64,000 nucleotides of DNA from Isurus oxyrinchus (Eukaryota). A program made the position numbers and the translations under genes. Where the stretch lies: the NCBI GenBank assembly GCA_026770705.1, contig JANJGN010000021.1, positions 100,068,001 through 100,132,000 of the forward strand. The letters run 5' to 3'. Positions within the stretch are counted from its first letter, which is position 1. Each line of letters opens with the position of its first letter. Positions 26,701 through 37,312 of the stretch are shown piece after piece. Under the pieces are notes generated by a model. It had not been told where the DNA came from. It saw only the letters and a program-made list of their open reading frames with translations, and did not search any database.

Positions 26701-29700
26701 TTCATGGTGTCCTATCATACTGTACTATCCCGGGATTGACGGGGTCCTGTCAAACTGTACTATCCGAGAATTCACTGCTTTCTGTCATATGGTACTATCC
26801 CAGGATTCACTGGTTTCTGTCATACTGCAGCAGCCCAGGATTCAGTGTCCTGACATACTATAAAATCCCAAGATTCACTGATATCAGTCATACTGTACTA
26901 TCCCCGAATTCACAGGGTCCTGTCATACTGTAGTATTCCAGGATTCACTGGTTTCTCTCATACTGCACCATCCCAGGATTCACTGGTTCCTGTTATAATG
27001 TACTATCCCAGGTTTCATCAGGTCCTGTCATGCTGTACTATCCCAGGATACTCTGTCTTGGTTACTCTAGCACAGGCGTGATGACTGTGACTCACTAAAA
27101 GTGAATATTAATTTCCCTCTCTCTGGATCCTGGGCCTCAGCCTGTCCTGGGCTGACAGCTCAGCACTGACCCTCCCTCCTGTGACCCTGGTCTGAGGCTG
27201 GGTTCTCTCTAACAGTGAGAAACAGTCTTACCATAAATCACCACCTTCTCCTCCTCCAGCCCACTGTGTTCCACCCGACAGGAATACTCAGCCTGATCCT
27301 CTGGATCAAACTCCATCCATTTCCGGATCTGGTAGGTCCTGTCATGATTGGGTAAGATCCCAGTGGACAGGGTCTCTTCGATCAACACTCCGTCTCTCCA
27401 CAGAGTCATCTCGATGGCTTGAGGGTAAAACCCGGTGACGACACAGGACAGCTGGTTAGAATCACCCAGACGGATAAAGAACACGACGGGGGCAACTGAG
27501 AGATAAAGAAAGAGGAGTCAGTACAGGAACCTCGAGATAGAGACTCCCAGGCAGCAACCCATTCACCGATTCCCAGTCAACCCGGCACTCACCGACCCTC
27601 ACACCCCCTCACTCACCGACCCTCACACCCCCTCACTCACCAAGCCTCACACCCCCTCACTCACTGACCCTCACACCCCCTCACTCACCGACCCTCACAC
27701 CCCCTCACTCACCGACCCTCACACCTCCTCACTCACCGACCCTCACACCCCCTCACTCACCGACCCTCATACCCCCTCACTCACCGACCCTCACACCCCC
27801 TCACTCACCGACCCTCATACCCCCTCCCTCACCGACTCTCACACCCCCTCTCACCGACCCTCACACCTCCTCACTCACCGACCCTCACACCCCCTCACTC
27901 ACCGACCCTCACACCCCCTCACTCACCGACCCTCACACCCCCTCACTCACTGACCCTCACACCCCCTCACTCACTGACCCTCACACCCCCTCACTCACCG
28001 ACCCTCGTACCCCCTCACTCACCGACCCTCACACCCCCTCAGTCACCGACTCTCACACCCCCTCACTCACCGACCCTCACACCCCCTCACTCACCGACCC
28101 TCACACCCCCTCACTCACCGACTCTCACACCCCCTCACTCACCGACACTCAGACCCCCTTACTCACTGACCCTCACACCTCCTCACTCACCGACCCTCAC
28201 AACCCCTCACTCACCGACCCTCACACCCCCTCACTCACCGACCCTCACACTTGCTCACTCACTGACCCTCACACCCCCTCACTCACTGACCCTCACACCC
28301 CCTCACTCACCGACCCTCACACACCCTCACTCACCGATTCTCAATCCCCCCTCACTCACCGACCCTCAGACCCCCTCACTCACCGACTCTCAGTCCCCCC
28401 CTCACTCACTGACTCTCAGTCCCCCCCTCACTCACTGACTCTCAGTCCCCCTCTCACTCAATGACTCTCAGTCCCTCCCTCACTCACCGATTCTCAGTCC
28501 CCCCCTCACTCACCGACTCTCAGTCCCCCCCTCACTCACCGACTCTCAGTCCCCCCCTCACTGACCAACTCTCAATCCCCCCCTCACTCACCGACTCTCT
28601 GTCCCCCCCTCACTCACCGACACTCACACCCCCTCACTCACCGACTCTCAGTCCCCCCCTCACTCACCGACTCTCAGTCCCACCCTCACTCACCGACTCT
28701 CAGTCCCACCCTCACTCACCGACCCTCAGTCCCTCCTCATTCACCGACTCTCATCCCACCCTCACTCACCGACTCTCAGTCCCCCTCACTCACCGCCTCT
28801 CAGTCCCCCTCTCACTCACCGACTCTCAGCTCCCCTCTCACTCACCGACCCTCAGTCCTCCCCTCACTCACCGACTCTCAGTCCCCCCCTCACTCACCGA
28901 CTCTCAGTTCCCCCCGTGACTCACCGACTCTCAGTCCACCCCTCACTCACCGACTCTCAGCTCCCGCCTCACTCACCAACTCTCAGTTCCCCCCCTCACT
29001 CACCAACTCTCAGTCCCCCCCTTCAGTCACCGTCTTTCAGTCCCCCCCTCACTCACCGACTCTCAGTCCCCCCCTCACTCACCGACTCTCAGCCCCTCCT
29101 CACTCACCGACTCTCAGTCCCTCCTCACTCACCGACTCTCATTCCCCCCTCACTCACCGACTCTCAGAGCCCCCCTCACTCACCGAATCTCAGTTTCCCC
29201 CACTCACTCACCGACTCTAAGTTCTCTCTGTCCATACTCCAGGTACTTCCTCAGCCATTCGATACATTCCTCCTCCAGGTAATGTTTCCATCGCTGTTTG
29301 TCAAACTTGTACTGGTCCCAGGTGTTTTTGAAGTTCTCTCCCCATGGGACCGGGGTCACCCACACCATGTGCTGTGGGTCGAAGCTGATAAAATCTCCTC
29401 CGTTCCATCCCCTCTGGTGGATCCCCCTCCTGGTTCCATCATCGTTCAGGTCACAGCCGATCAACATCTGGTGTGTGTGGATTCCTGTCAATCAAACACA
29501 TGGAGCCAATCCGACACTGTCCTACAAGGAGACTCCACCCATCGCACACTCAGCCAATCAGCCTCTGGCTCCCATATCCCAATCCACTCCTGGTTACTCC
29601 CCATCCCAGACACTCTCAATCCACAGGAAGAGACCAAGTGGTGGGACAACAAGGACTCACCTCCCGACTGGTTGGTCCGGGCCATGAGGATCGGAATATA

Positions 29701-32147
29701 CTTTTTGATATGCTGCTCCTGTTCCTGAGCAAGCATCGTCTTCCGCTCCCAGGACTCACGCCCCTCACTCTCCACCATCCATTGCTCCCGGGGGATCAAC
29801 ACTTTCCCATCGCTGTCATACATAACAAACTGAACGCCATCCACATAACCGACAGCTACAAACTCCGGAATACCAGGAATCGGAGTCACGCCGGTGAGGA
29901 AATACCGGAGAGTGTGAGAGCCTGAAACACAGAGAGAGAAAGAGAGACATCAGGACATGTACCCCTAACACCAACCCCAAAACCCCAACTCAACAGAAAG
30001 GTAGACCCACCTCACCCTGATTTCCTTCTCCAATTCCCCACAGGTGACCTGAAGCCTGTGATCTCCCATCCTGACACTTCACTGATCCGAGCTTCCCAGT
30101 ATCCAGCCATTGGTTCTTTAGCCAAACATTTTAAATCAGTGCCCTCTGGTTCTCAATCCTTCCTCCAGTCAGGACAGCTTCCCTCGATCTACTCTGTCAA
30201 GAACCTAATGATTCTGAACACAGCCATCAAATCTCCTCTCAACCTCCTCCCCCAAGAGAAAATCCCCAGCTTCTACAGTCTGTTAAAGTAATTAATGTTC
30301 CTCATTCCAGAAACCATTGTGGAAAATCTTTTCTGCATCCTCTCTAATGCCATCACATCCTTCCTAAAGTGTGGTGCTGAGAGCTGGAGACAGTACTCTA
30401 GTTGAGGCTAAACCAGTGTTTTACACTGATTTATCATAACTTCCTTACTCTGCACTCTATGTCTCTATTTATAAACACTAGAATCCCGGGTCCTTTTTTA
30501 ACCACTTTTTCTACCTGCCCTGCCACCTTCAATTTGTGCACATGTAGCCCCAGCTCCCACTGTTCCTGTACACCCTTTAGAATTGCATCCTTTATTTCTC
30601 ACTAAAATGGATCACTTCACATCTTTCAGCATTAAATTTTAACAGCTGCTTGTCAGCCCATTTCACAAACCCCACTATGTTCTGTTGAAGTCTATCACTG
30701 TCCCCCTCACAGTTTACAACACTTCCAACTGCTGTGTTGTCTGCAAATTGTGTCCTGTATGCAAAAGTCCACCTCATATCTGTATAATATTTATTTATTA
30801 CACATATATATAGCCTGCAGATACTGATCCTTGGGGTGGTTAGAATCTGGGATGCAATGTCTGAGACCGTGATGGAGATTTAATTTAGGATTGCAAGAGA
30901 GAATTGGATAATTATCAGAAGAGAAAAGAAGTGAGAAAAAATGGGAAGAAGGTGAAGGAATGGGTCTAGCTGAGTGGCGCTGGCAGAGAGCCAGCAGAGA
31001 CACAACCTGCCAAATAACCTCCTCCTGTTCTGTAATGGTTCCATAATTCTATTGAGAGGGCAAATAAGCGGCAAAACTGTGACAGATGGAGCTCAGCAGG
31101 GGCAAATGCGAGGTTAGACACTTAGATTTAATGAATAATATTGGAATATTTTCGATATGTCTAAACTTCTATATTGTTGTTTGTTACTGCACAGGAAAGA
31201 AAGTGGAAAGAATAGGAAAGCAGAATGAGATAATGCTCTGGTACAGAGGGATCTGGGTGTCCTTGTACATGAGTCACTAAAAGTCAGCGTGCAGGTACAG
31301 CAACTGATGAGGAAGGCAAATGGAATAGCAGCCTTTATTGCAAGGAGGATTGAGTATTAAAATACAAAAGTCTTGCTAGAAATCTACAGGGCATTGTTGC
31401 GACTGCATTTCAAGTACTGTGTACAGTTTTGGTATCCTCATTAAAGGAGGAATATACTTGCATTGGAGACATTCAGAGAAGCTTCTTTAAGCTGGTTCGT
31501 GGGATAAAGGGCTGAGGAAAAGGTAAAGCAGGTTAGGCCTATAATCGTAGTTTAAAGAATGAGAGATGATCTTATTGAAATGAATAAGATTGTGAAGGGT
31601 CCTGACAGAGTAGACAGACTCAAGGAGCTACACGCTCCTCCTGTCCCAATAACCCAATATTAATCACCCTCCCCGCTCTCCCTCTCCAGCCATATGTCGC
31701 TGTGTTTCACTTTCACCATGGTCTTTCTCACTCTCCAGCCACAGTACCCACTCTAGCACAAACCCTCTCACACTCTATCATTCACGTACCCAGAGTTAAT
31801 GCCCCAATACCCAGACTGGCATTGCCCCCTCACACCCTATCATTCACTTACCCAGAGTTAATGCCCCAATACCCAGACTGGCATTGCCCCCTCACACCCT
31901 ATCATTCACTTACACAGGGTTAATGCCCCAGTACCCAGACTGGCATTGCCCCTCTCAGACCCCATTACGCACTGACCCAAGATTAATGCCCCAATACCCG
32001 GACTGTCATAGCCCCTCTCAGAACCTATCACTCACTGGCCCAGGATTAATGCCCCAATACCCAGACAGGCATTGCCCCTCTCACACCCCAATACTCACCT
32101 GCAGACACCTCTCCACACAGAAGGACCAGCACTATCAGTCCAATCAT
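20666..32147 (-). CDS. MHC class I alpha chain, probably non-classical (7 coding exons, 339 aa)
   Basis: Exon lengths 49+261+273+264+105+33+35 = 1020 nt form an open frame from ATG to TGA. All introns are GT-AG and phase 1. The layout is leader, alpha1, alpha2, Ig-C1 alpha3, TM and two cytoplasmic exons. Confidence 0.95.
21130..21162 (-). CDS. MHC class I exon 6 (cytoplasmic, VRGKSGYNPTQ)
   Basis: 33-nt exon, TTTTACAG| ... A|GTAAGC, carrying the conserved class I cytoplasmic Tyr. Confidence 0.88.
21706..21810 (-). CDS. MHC class I exon 5 (connecting peptide + TM, EPKSQSQVPVPVGIILGIIGIIALIVVAVVVYKRK)
   Basis: ATCACAG| ... G|GTAGGA, 105 nt, with a hydrophobic helix and basic stop-transfer. 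Not captured in frame by the ORF track. Confidence 0.92.
21950..23295 (-). mobile_element. Decayed CR1 LINE fragment (intron 4)
   Basis: NGVPHGSVLGPLLFTIYIN, EEQRNLGVEIH and GIELKSREAMLNL remnants. Confidence 0.85.
23295..27055. repeat. 35-bp satellite (CTGTCATACTGTACTATCCCAGGATTCACTGGTTT) in intron 4
   Basis: Period 35 (e.g. 24206 and 24241), diverged at the ends, interrupted by a CR1 piece. Confidence 0.92.
25980..26440 (+). mobile_element. Internally deleted CR1 fragment inserted in the 35-bp satellite
   Basis: HGFVRGRPCLTNLIEFFEEVT is joined directly to RVDREQLFPLVEGSVTSGHKFKV and the CR1 3' end. Confidence 0.85.
27232..27495 (-). CDS. MHC class I exon 4 (alpha3, Ig C1-set)
   Basis: LSCVVTGFYPQAIEMTLWRDG..PNHDRTYQ..YSCRVEHSGL, 264 nt, CTCAG| ... 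G|GTAAGA. Confidence 0.97.
27585..29220 (-). repeat. Splice-donor-derived minisatellite filling intron 3 (24-nt block ~27585-28330; 25-26-nt block ~28330-29211)
   Basis: The minus-strand unit (A/G)GTCG|GTGAGTGAGGGGG.. matches the real exon 3/intron 3 junction AGAGTCG|GTGAGTGAG. Confidence 0.93.
29212..29484 (-). CDS. MHC class I exon 3 (alpha2)
   Basis: GIHTHQMLIGCDL..DFISFD..W..WD..HYLEEECIEWLRKYLEYG with the C101/C164 pair, 273 nt. Confidence 0.97.
29661..29921 (-). CDS. MHC class I exon 2 (alpha1)
   Basis: GSHTLRYFLTGVTPIPGIPEFVAVGYVDGVQFVMYDSD..PREQWM..WER..RTNQSG with the N86 glycosylation site, 261 nt. Confidence 0.97.
30040..30780 (-). mobile_element. Decayed CR1 fragment (intron 1)
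   Basis: FADNTAVGSVVNCEGD..KFNAERCEVIHF remnants. Confidence 0.8.
30830..31620 (+). mobile_element. Decayed CR1 fragments (intron 1)
   Basis: QRDLGVLVHESLKVSVQVQQ, KANG..AFIAR and YCVQFW remnants. Confidence 0.75.
31745..32098. repeat. ~61-62-bp tandem repeat at the 5' end of intron 1 (~5.5 copies)
   Basis: TTAATGCCCCAATACCCAGACTGGCATTGCCCC recurs at ~62-nt spacing and abuts the exon 1 donor. Confidence 0.85.
32099..32147 (-). CDS. MHC class I exon 1 (signal peptide MIGLIVLVLLCGEVSA)
   Basis: ACAATG start context, hydrophobic core, VSA|G cleavage site, G|GTGAGT donor. Phase 1 joins to GSH of alpha1. Confidence 0.92.
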
Positions 32148-32255
32148 TGTTGCTTTGCTCAGGCTGGAAGAAACATTTTGAGGGAAATCTTTCTCCAAGA
32201 AAACAAATCTCCTCAAAACGTGAGCTGTTTCCTGGCCTGGTTCATCAGCTTCAAT

Positions 32256-32371
32256 CTGATTGGTTCAATGATATTTCAGGACCAATCATAATAAAAGCAG
32301 GTTGTGAGTCATCAGTCTCCGGCAGAATAGGCTCAAAACAGTTTGCAGAAACAAATAGAAAAAGCGAAAGT
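32256..32371 (-). promoter_or_regulatory. MHC class I proximal promoter: ISRE, X1/X2, Y box, CCAAT
   Basis: In gene orientation: ACTTTCGCTTTTTC (32371-32358), CCTATTCTGCCGGAGAC-TGATGACTCA (X1-like/X2, ending 32305), TGATTGG (Y box, 32288-32282) and CCAATCAG (32263-32256). This is the same order as in tetrapod class I promoters. Confidence 0.75.
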
Positions 32372-32498
32372 AAAATACAGGGATGCTGGAAATCAGAAAT
32401 AAAAACAGAAAATGCTGGAAAAGCTCAGCGGCTCTGACAGCTTCTGTGGAGAGAGAAACAGAGTTAACGTTTCGAGTCCGTATGACTCTCCTGCACAA
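32366..32498 (-). mobile_element. Penelope pLTR terminal fragment abutting the class I promoter
   Basis: GATGCTGGAAATCAGAAATAAAAACAGAAAATGCTGG..GAGTTAACGTTTCGAGTC is homologous to 3385-3490. Confidence 0.75.
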
Positions 32499-32499
32499 G

Positions 32500-33240
32500 A
32501 GTTTTTATTTAAGAGACAAACTATCAGAAACAAGAACATGGAGAGAGAGTATAAGATAAAGGGTGATGTTCGAAAGGGTCTGCAGGAGCAGAAACCTGGG
32601 TGTACATGTACATAAGTCATTCATGGTGGCAGAACAGGTAGAGAGAGCTGTTTCTAAAGCATACAATATTCTAGGCTTCATTAATAGGGGCATAGCGTAC
32701 AAGAGCAGGGAGGTTCTGATGAACTTATATAAGACACTGGTTAGACCTCAGCTGGAGTAGTGTGTACAGTTCTGGGAGCCACACTATAGGAAGCATATGA
32801 ATGCATTGGGGAGAGTGCGGAAGAGGTTTATAAGAATGGTTCCAGGGATGAGACACTAATTCTGAGGAAATCCTCGACATCAACTTCAGAGGTCTCATGC
32901 CATCAGGTCAAAAATGGGCAAGGAAACTGACTGATTACCACATAATGCCCTCCCTCAGCTGATGCATCAGTGCTCCTCCATGTTGAGCACCACTTGGGTG
33001 AAGCACTGAGGGTGGCAAGCGCACAGAATGTACTCTGGGTGGAGAACTTCAATGTCCATCACCAAGAGACACTCGGTAGCGCATCACTCTTGACCGAGCT
33101 GGCTGAGTCCTAATAGACATAGCTGTTAGGCTGGGTCTGCAGCAGATGGTGAGAAACCAACAAGAGGGAAAAACTTACTTGACCTCACCTTCACCAACCT
33201 GCCTGCCGCAGAAGCAACTGTCCATGACAGTATCAGTAAA
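32500..33240 (+). mobile_element. CR1 RT fragment followed by a LINE endonuclease fragment
   Basis: RNLGVHVHKS..YNILGFINRGIAYKSREVLMNLYKTLVRPQLE, then WVENFNVHHQE..PTRGKNLLDL. Confidence 0.75.
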
Positions 33241-33243
33241 CTG

Positions 33244-34036
33244 ACCAAACGTAAACTGGGCGACTGCTTTGCAGAACACCTGCGGTCTGTCCGCAAGAAT
33301 GACCCAAATCTCCCTGTCGCTTGCCATTTCAACTCTCCACCCTGCTCTCTTGCCCACATGTCTGTCCTTGGCTTGCTGCATTGTTCCAGTGAAGCCCAAC
33401 GCAAACTGGAGGAACAACACCTCATCTTCCGACTAGGCACCTTACAGCCTTCCGGACTGAATATTGAATTCAACAACCTTAGGTCTTGACATCACCCTCC
33501 CCCCCACCCACATCCCCACCCCCCCTTTCTGTTTCTTCCCCCTTCCTTTTGTTTTTTCCAATAAATTATATAGATTTTTCTTTTTCCCACCTATTTCCAT
33601 TATTTAAAAATATTTTAAAATCTTTTATGCTCCCCCCACCCCCACTGGAGCTATACCTTGAGTGCCCTACCATCCATTCTTAATTAGCACATTCGTTTAG
33701 ATAATATCACCAACTTCGACACCTCTGTGTTCTTTTGTCCTGCTGTCTGTGACATCTTTTGATGATCTGCTTCTATCACTGCTTTTGCCTACAACCACAC
33801 CACCCCCCTCCACTTCTCTCCCCCCACCCAACCCCCCCCTCCCCACCGACCACCACCACCTTAAACCAGCTTATATTTCAACCCTCCCTGGGATTCACCT
33901 AGTTCTGTCGAAGGGTCATGAGGACTCGAAACGTCAACTCTTTTCTTCTCCGCCGATGCTGCCAGACCTGCTGAGTTTTTCCAGGTAATTCTGTTTTTGT
34001 TTTGTATTTCCAGCATCCGCAGTTTTTTGTTTTTTG
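33244..34036 (+). mobile_element. Penelope-like element 3' fragment (GIY-YIG C-terminus + pLTR with hammerhead-like motif at 33901-33939)
   Basis: 33244-33489 translates as TKRKLGDCFAEHLRSV..PVACHFNS..RKLEEQHLIFRLGTLQPSGLNIEFNNLRS*. The pLTR is nearly identical to that at 3364-3950. Confidence 0.88.
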
Positions 34037-34039
34037 TAC

Positions 34040-35500
34040 ATAGGAAGAAACTGTTCCCACTCATAAATACATTGAGAACAAGAGGACACAATTTTAAAGC
34101 AAAAAGCAAAAGAAGGAAAAGCTTTTTCACACAACAAAACGTTTGGGTCTGGAATGCACTGCCTGGAAGTGTGGGGGAGGCAGGTTCAATTGAAGCATTC
34201 AAGAGGGCATTGGATGATTACTTAAATAGAAACAATGTGCAGGGTTACGGGAAAATGGCAGGAGGAGGTTGGCACTAAGGAAAAATGCTCATAAATCTGG
34301 GACAGACTTAATGGGCCGAATGACCACCTTCGCAACCATAAAAATTCAATCATTCTGTGATTCCATCCACACTCAGAAACACCACCCCTAATATTGTGAA
34401 CTTTCCAATCAGATAAAGACAACTGGTGACATCATCAGTTGCTGGGGAGTTTGGCCTAGTAAGTGACCTTTTTAAGGTAATTCACTTTGGTAGTGAGAAT
34501 AGAAAAGCAGAATATGTTGTTAAAGATGTGACATTTGTGAATGTTGAAGTTCAGAGACATTTGTGTATATTTATACAAGGAGCTCAGAAATTCAGCATCT
34601 AGGACAACAAACAACTAGGAAGGCAAATAGCTTGTTGGCCTTTATTGCAAGGGGATTGGAGTCCAGAAATAAATACATCTTGTTACAATTATACAGGATA
34701 TTGATGACACCACACCTGGATTGCTGTGTGCAGTTTTGCTCTCTATATTTAAGGAAGGATATACTTGTGTTGGAGATGGTACAGTGAAGGTTTACTAGGT
34801 TAGTTCCTGGTGTGAGAGATTGAGTGAACTGGGCCTATATTCTCTGGAGTTTAGAAGAATGAGAAGGGATCTCATTGAAACAGATAAGATTCTGTCTCAG
34901 GGTAGAGGCTGAGTGATTGTTTCTGTTGGTCAGGGAATCTAAAATATGGGGGGCACAATCTCAGGATAAGGGGCTGATCATTTAGGACTGTGAGGGGAAT
35001 TTTGTTGACTCCAAGTGTTGTGAACCTTTGGGATTCTCCATGCCAGAGAATTATTGATGCTTCATTGTTAAATATATTTAAGGCTGGGATAGACAGATTT
35101 TTGGCCTCTCAGGAAATCCAGGGACATGGTGTGCAGGTGGGAAATGGAGTTGAGACAGGAGATCAGCCATGATCATATTGGATAACAGAGCAGACTCAAG
35201 AGGTTGAATGGTCTCTTCCGACTGTTATCCCTTGTGCTTTTATGTTTTTAACCTATTACCCACTGTCTGAGGGTGAATGCCCCTGTACCCAGAGTGGCAC
35301 TGCCACAATCGCCGTTCCTTCACTGTTGCTGGTCAAAATCCTGGAACTCCCTTCCTATAAGCACTGTGGGTGTACCTACACCATATGGACTGCAGCAGCT
35401 CAAGAAGGCGGCTCACCACCACCTTCTCAAGGGCAATTAGGGATGGGCAATAAATGCTGGCCCAGCCAGGGGTGCCCACATCCCATGAATGATTTTTTTA
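34040..35500 (+). mobile_element. Nested CR1/LINE 3' fragments
   Basis: RTRGHNFK..FFTQ..VWNALPGSVGEAGSIEAFKR and KANSLLAFIARG..VQF..YLRKD. A LINE tail GGGCAATTAGGGATGGGCAATAAATGCTGG follows. Confidence 0.8.
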
Positions 35501-36139
35501 AAAATTGCCTGTTGCTGGATCGAAAGGATCAAGTCTTCCAAATTGAGACATTCTGTGAGGGAATTACTTCTACGATTTGAACGGGACTTTTACTTACAAT
35601 TACAGTATGAGGTACAGCAGCAATTCCATTTCTCTTGTTTAACTTGTTTTAATCCTCGTTTAATCCTGTGTTGGACCCTGAGGATCCTGGTCACACGCTT
35701 GTTGTAAGTGGTGACCGATTTGGTTCTATTGATAGAGTTCATCAGCAGACACTTCATAGGTGGAAGCTTTAAGTTTATTTATAAAGGTACTCAACAGCAA
35801 CTAAACATGTGCTTTCACTTCAAACTCTATCCCTACACTCCTGACTGTTAACTACAGAGGTAGCCCGCGCTAGACTGCTATTGGGTACTAAGATCACGTG
35901 ATCTTCCTTAATCACATTCTTCTTAAAGGTATATTACACATCGAATAAATCCATCATTGTCACAGGAGGAAATCTGTCATCCTTACCCAGTCTGCCCTAT
36001 ATGTGACTCCAGACACACAGCAATGTGGTTGACTCTTAACCACCCTTTGAAATGTTCAGTTCTAGGGCAATTAGGGATTGGCAACAAATGGTGGCCCTGC
36101 CAACGATGCCCACACCCTGTGAAAGATAAATTTTTTAAA

Positions 36140-36850
36140 CAAGGAGAGATCTACACTTGGATGAAATGGACAAGTTACTTAATGTGTAGGTAGAGCACCA
36201 GCATCAAAAAAAGATCCCAGTTATTGGTCCAATTATTGAAAAGAAGGTGCTTAAAGTGGACCAGCATATAAAAAGGAGTAATGAGGGTGGCGATGAAGAA
36301 GGGACCTTTCCTTCGCTTTCCAGAGGATTCTCAGCCAGCACAAGATGGTTTCATTGCTTTAAAAATCATTCTGGTCTTCATAATGCGAAGTTGCTGGGGC
36401 AGGCTGCATCAGCTGACCATGCAGCCACAGGAAACTTTCCCAAGGTGCTGCAGAAATGCATTGTGGAGAGAGGCTACCAGGCAGAGCATGTCTATAACGC
36501 AGACAGAACTGGGCTATTCTGGAAGAAAATACCAAATAGGACTTACATATCCAAACAGAAAGGACAGCTCCTGGTTTTAAAACCACAGATGACAGGCTAA
36601 CCCTCTTACTATGTGCCAATGTGGCTGGTTTTGTGTGTAAACCATTGCTGATTTATAGGTCAGAAAACCCTCGAGCTCTGAAGGGTAAAAGGGAAATCTC
36701 AGCTAGCAGCTTTTTGGAAGGCTAACAGCAGTGCCTGGGTTAGAGCAGCATTGTTTGAAGGCTGGTCTGAAAGTTGCTTTCTGCATCAGGTCAGGATTTA
36801 TTTGAGGAGAAATATCTTGTCCATCAAGGTCCTTCTTATCTTGTTAAGAG
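36140..36850 (+). mobile_element. Tigger/pogo (TIGD1-like) DDE transposase remnant
   Basis: FSASTRWFHCFK (CENP-B HTH), G.AASAD, VYNAD.TGLFWKK.P.RTYISK, DRLTLLLCAN..KPLLIYRSENPRALKG and KVLLIL. Frameshifted. Confidence 0.88.
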
Positions 36851-36959
36851 GTCCGACCAAGACACTGGTTACAAGTAATCTTCACTTTATCTCGAGGCAC
36901 CTGGAATACACAGACCAACATCCCATTGGAAGAGGCTGATGAAAAGGGCAGAAACATGA

Positions 36960-37312
36960 CAGATAAAATCAATGCAGGCAAGTATTTTAAGTGATGCATT
37001 TCAGAAGGAAGGATGAGATGACGAAATAAACCGATTTAAAGGGAGCGCAGGAACAGAGAGATCCGAGGGTGAGTGTAAACAAATCTCTGAAGTTGACAGG
37101 ACAGTTTGATAAGTCTGTGAAAGGAGCAGACCGAATCCTTGGCTTCATAAATAGAGGCACAGAGTTCAAAAGCAAGGAAGCTATGCTAAACATGTATAAA
37201 ACCCAGCTGGAGGAGTATGTCCGCTTCTATTTACAGCACTTCAGGAAGGATGTCAAAGCCTTGGAGAGGGTGCAGAGGAGATTTGCTGGAATACTATCAG
37301 GAATGAGGGACT
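36960..37312 (+). mobile_element. CR1 fragment
   Basis: ILGFINRGTEFKSKEAMLNMYKT..FRKDVKALERVQRRF. Confidence 0.8.

Noticed and set aside
23295-27055. CRISPR-like appearance of the 35-bp and 41-bp repeats
   Set aside because: These are head-to-tail repeats with no unique spacers and no cas genes, in vertebrate DNA.
28461-29925. Plus-strand ORFs over the minisatellite and MHC exons
   Set aside because: These are antisense shadows of alpha1/alpha2 or translations of repeat sequence.
20666-32147. Assigning a lineage symbol (UAA/UBA etc.) or calling the gene a pseudogene
   Set aside because: Lineage assignment needs a phylogeny. I found no stops, frameshifts or broken splice sites.
32182-32191. 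kB-like GGGAAATCTT near the start codon
   Set aside because: It is an imperfect match and lies downstream of the CCAAT box, not at the enhancer A position.
33126-33476. Minus-strand ORF MLNSIFSPEGCKVPSRKMRCCSSS..
   Set aside because: It is the antisense of the Penelope GIY-YIG coding fragment.
35701-35940. Possible solo LTR (TG...CA with a polyA signal); similar candidate at ~10992-11940
   Set aside because: I could not verify a target-site duplication or a second copy, so it is not called.
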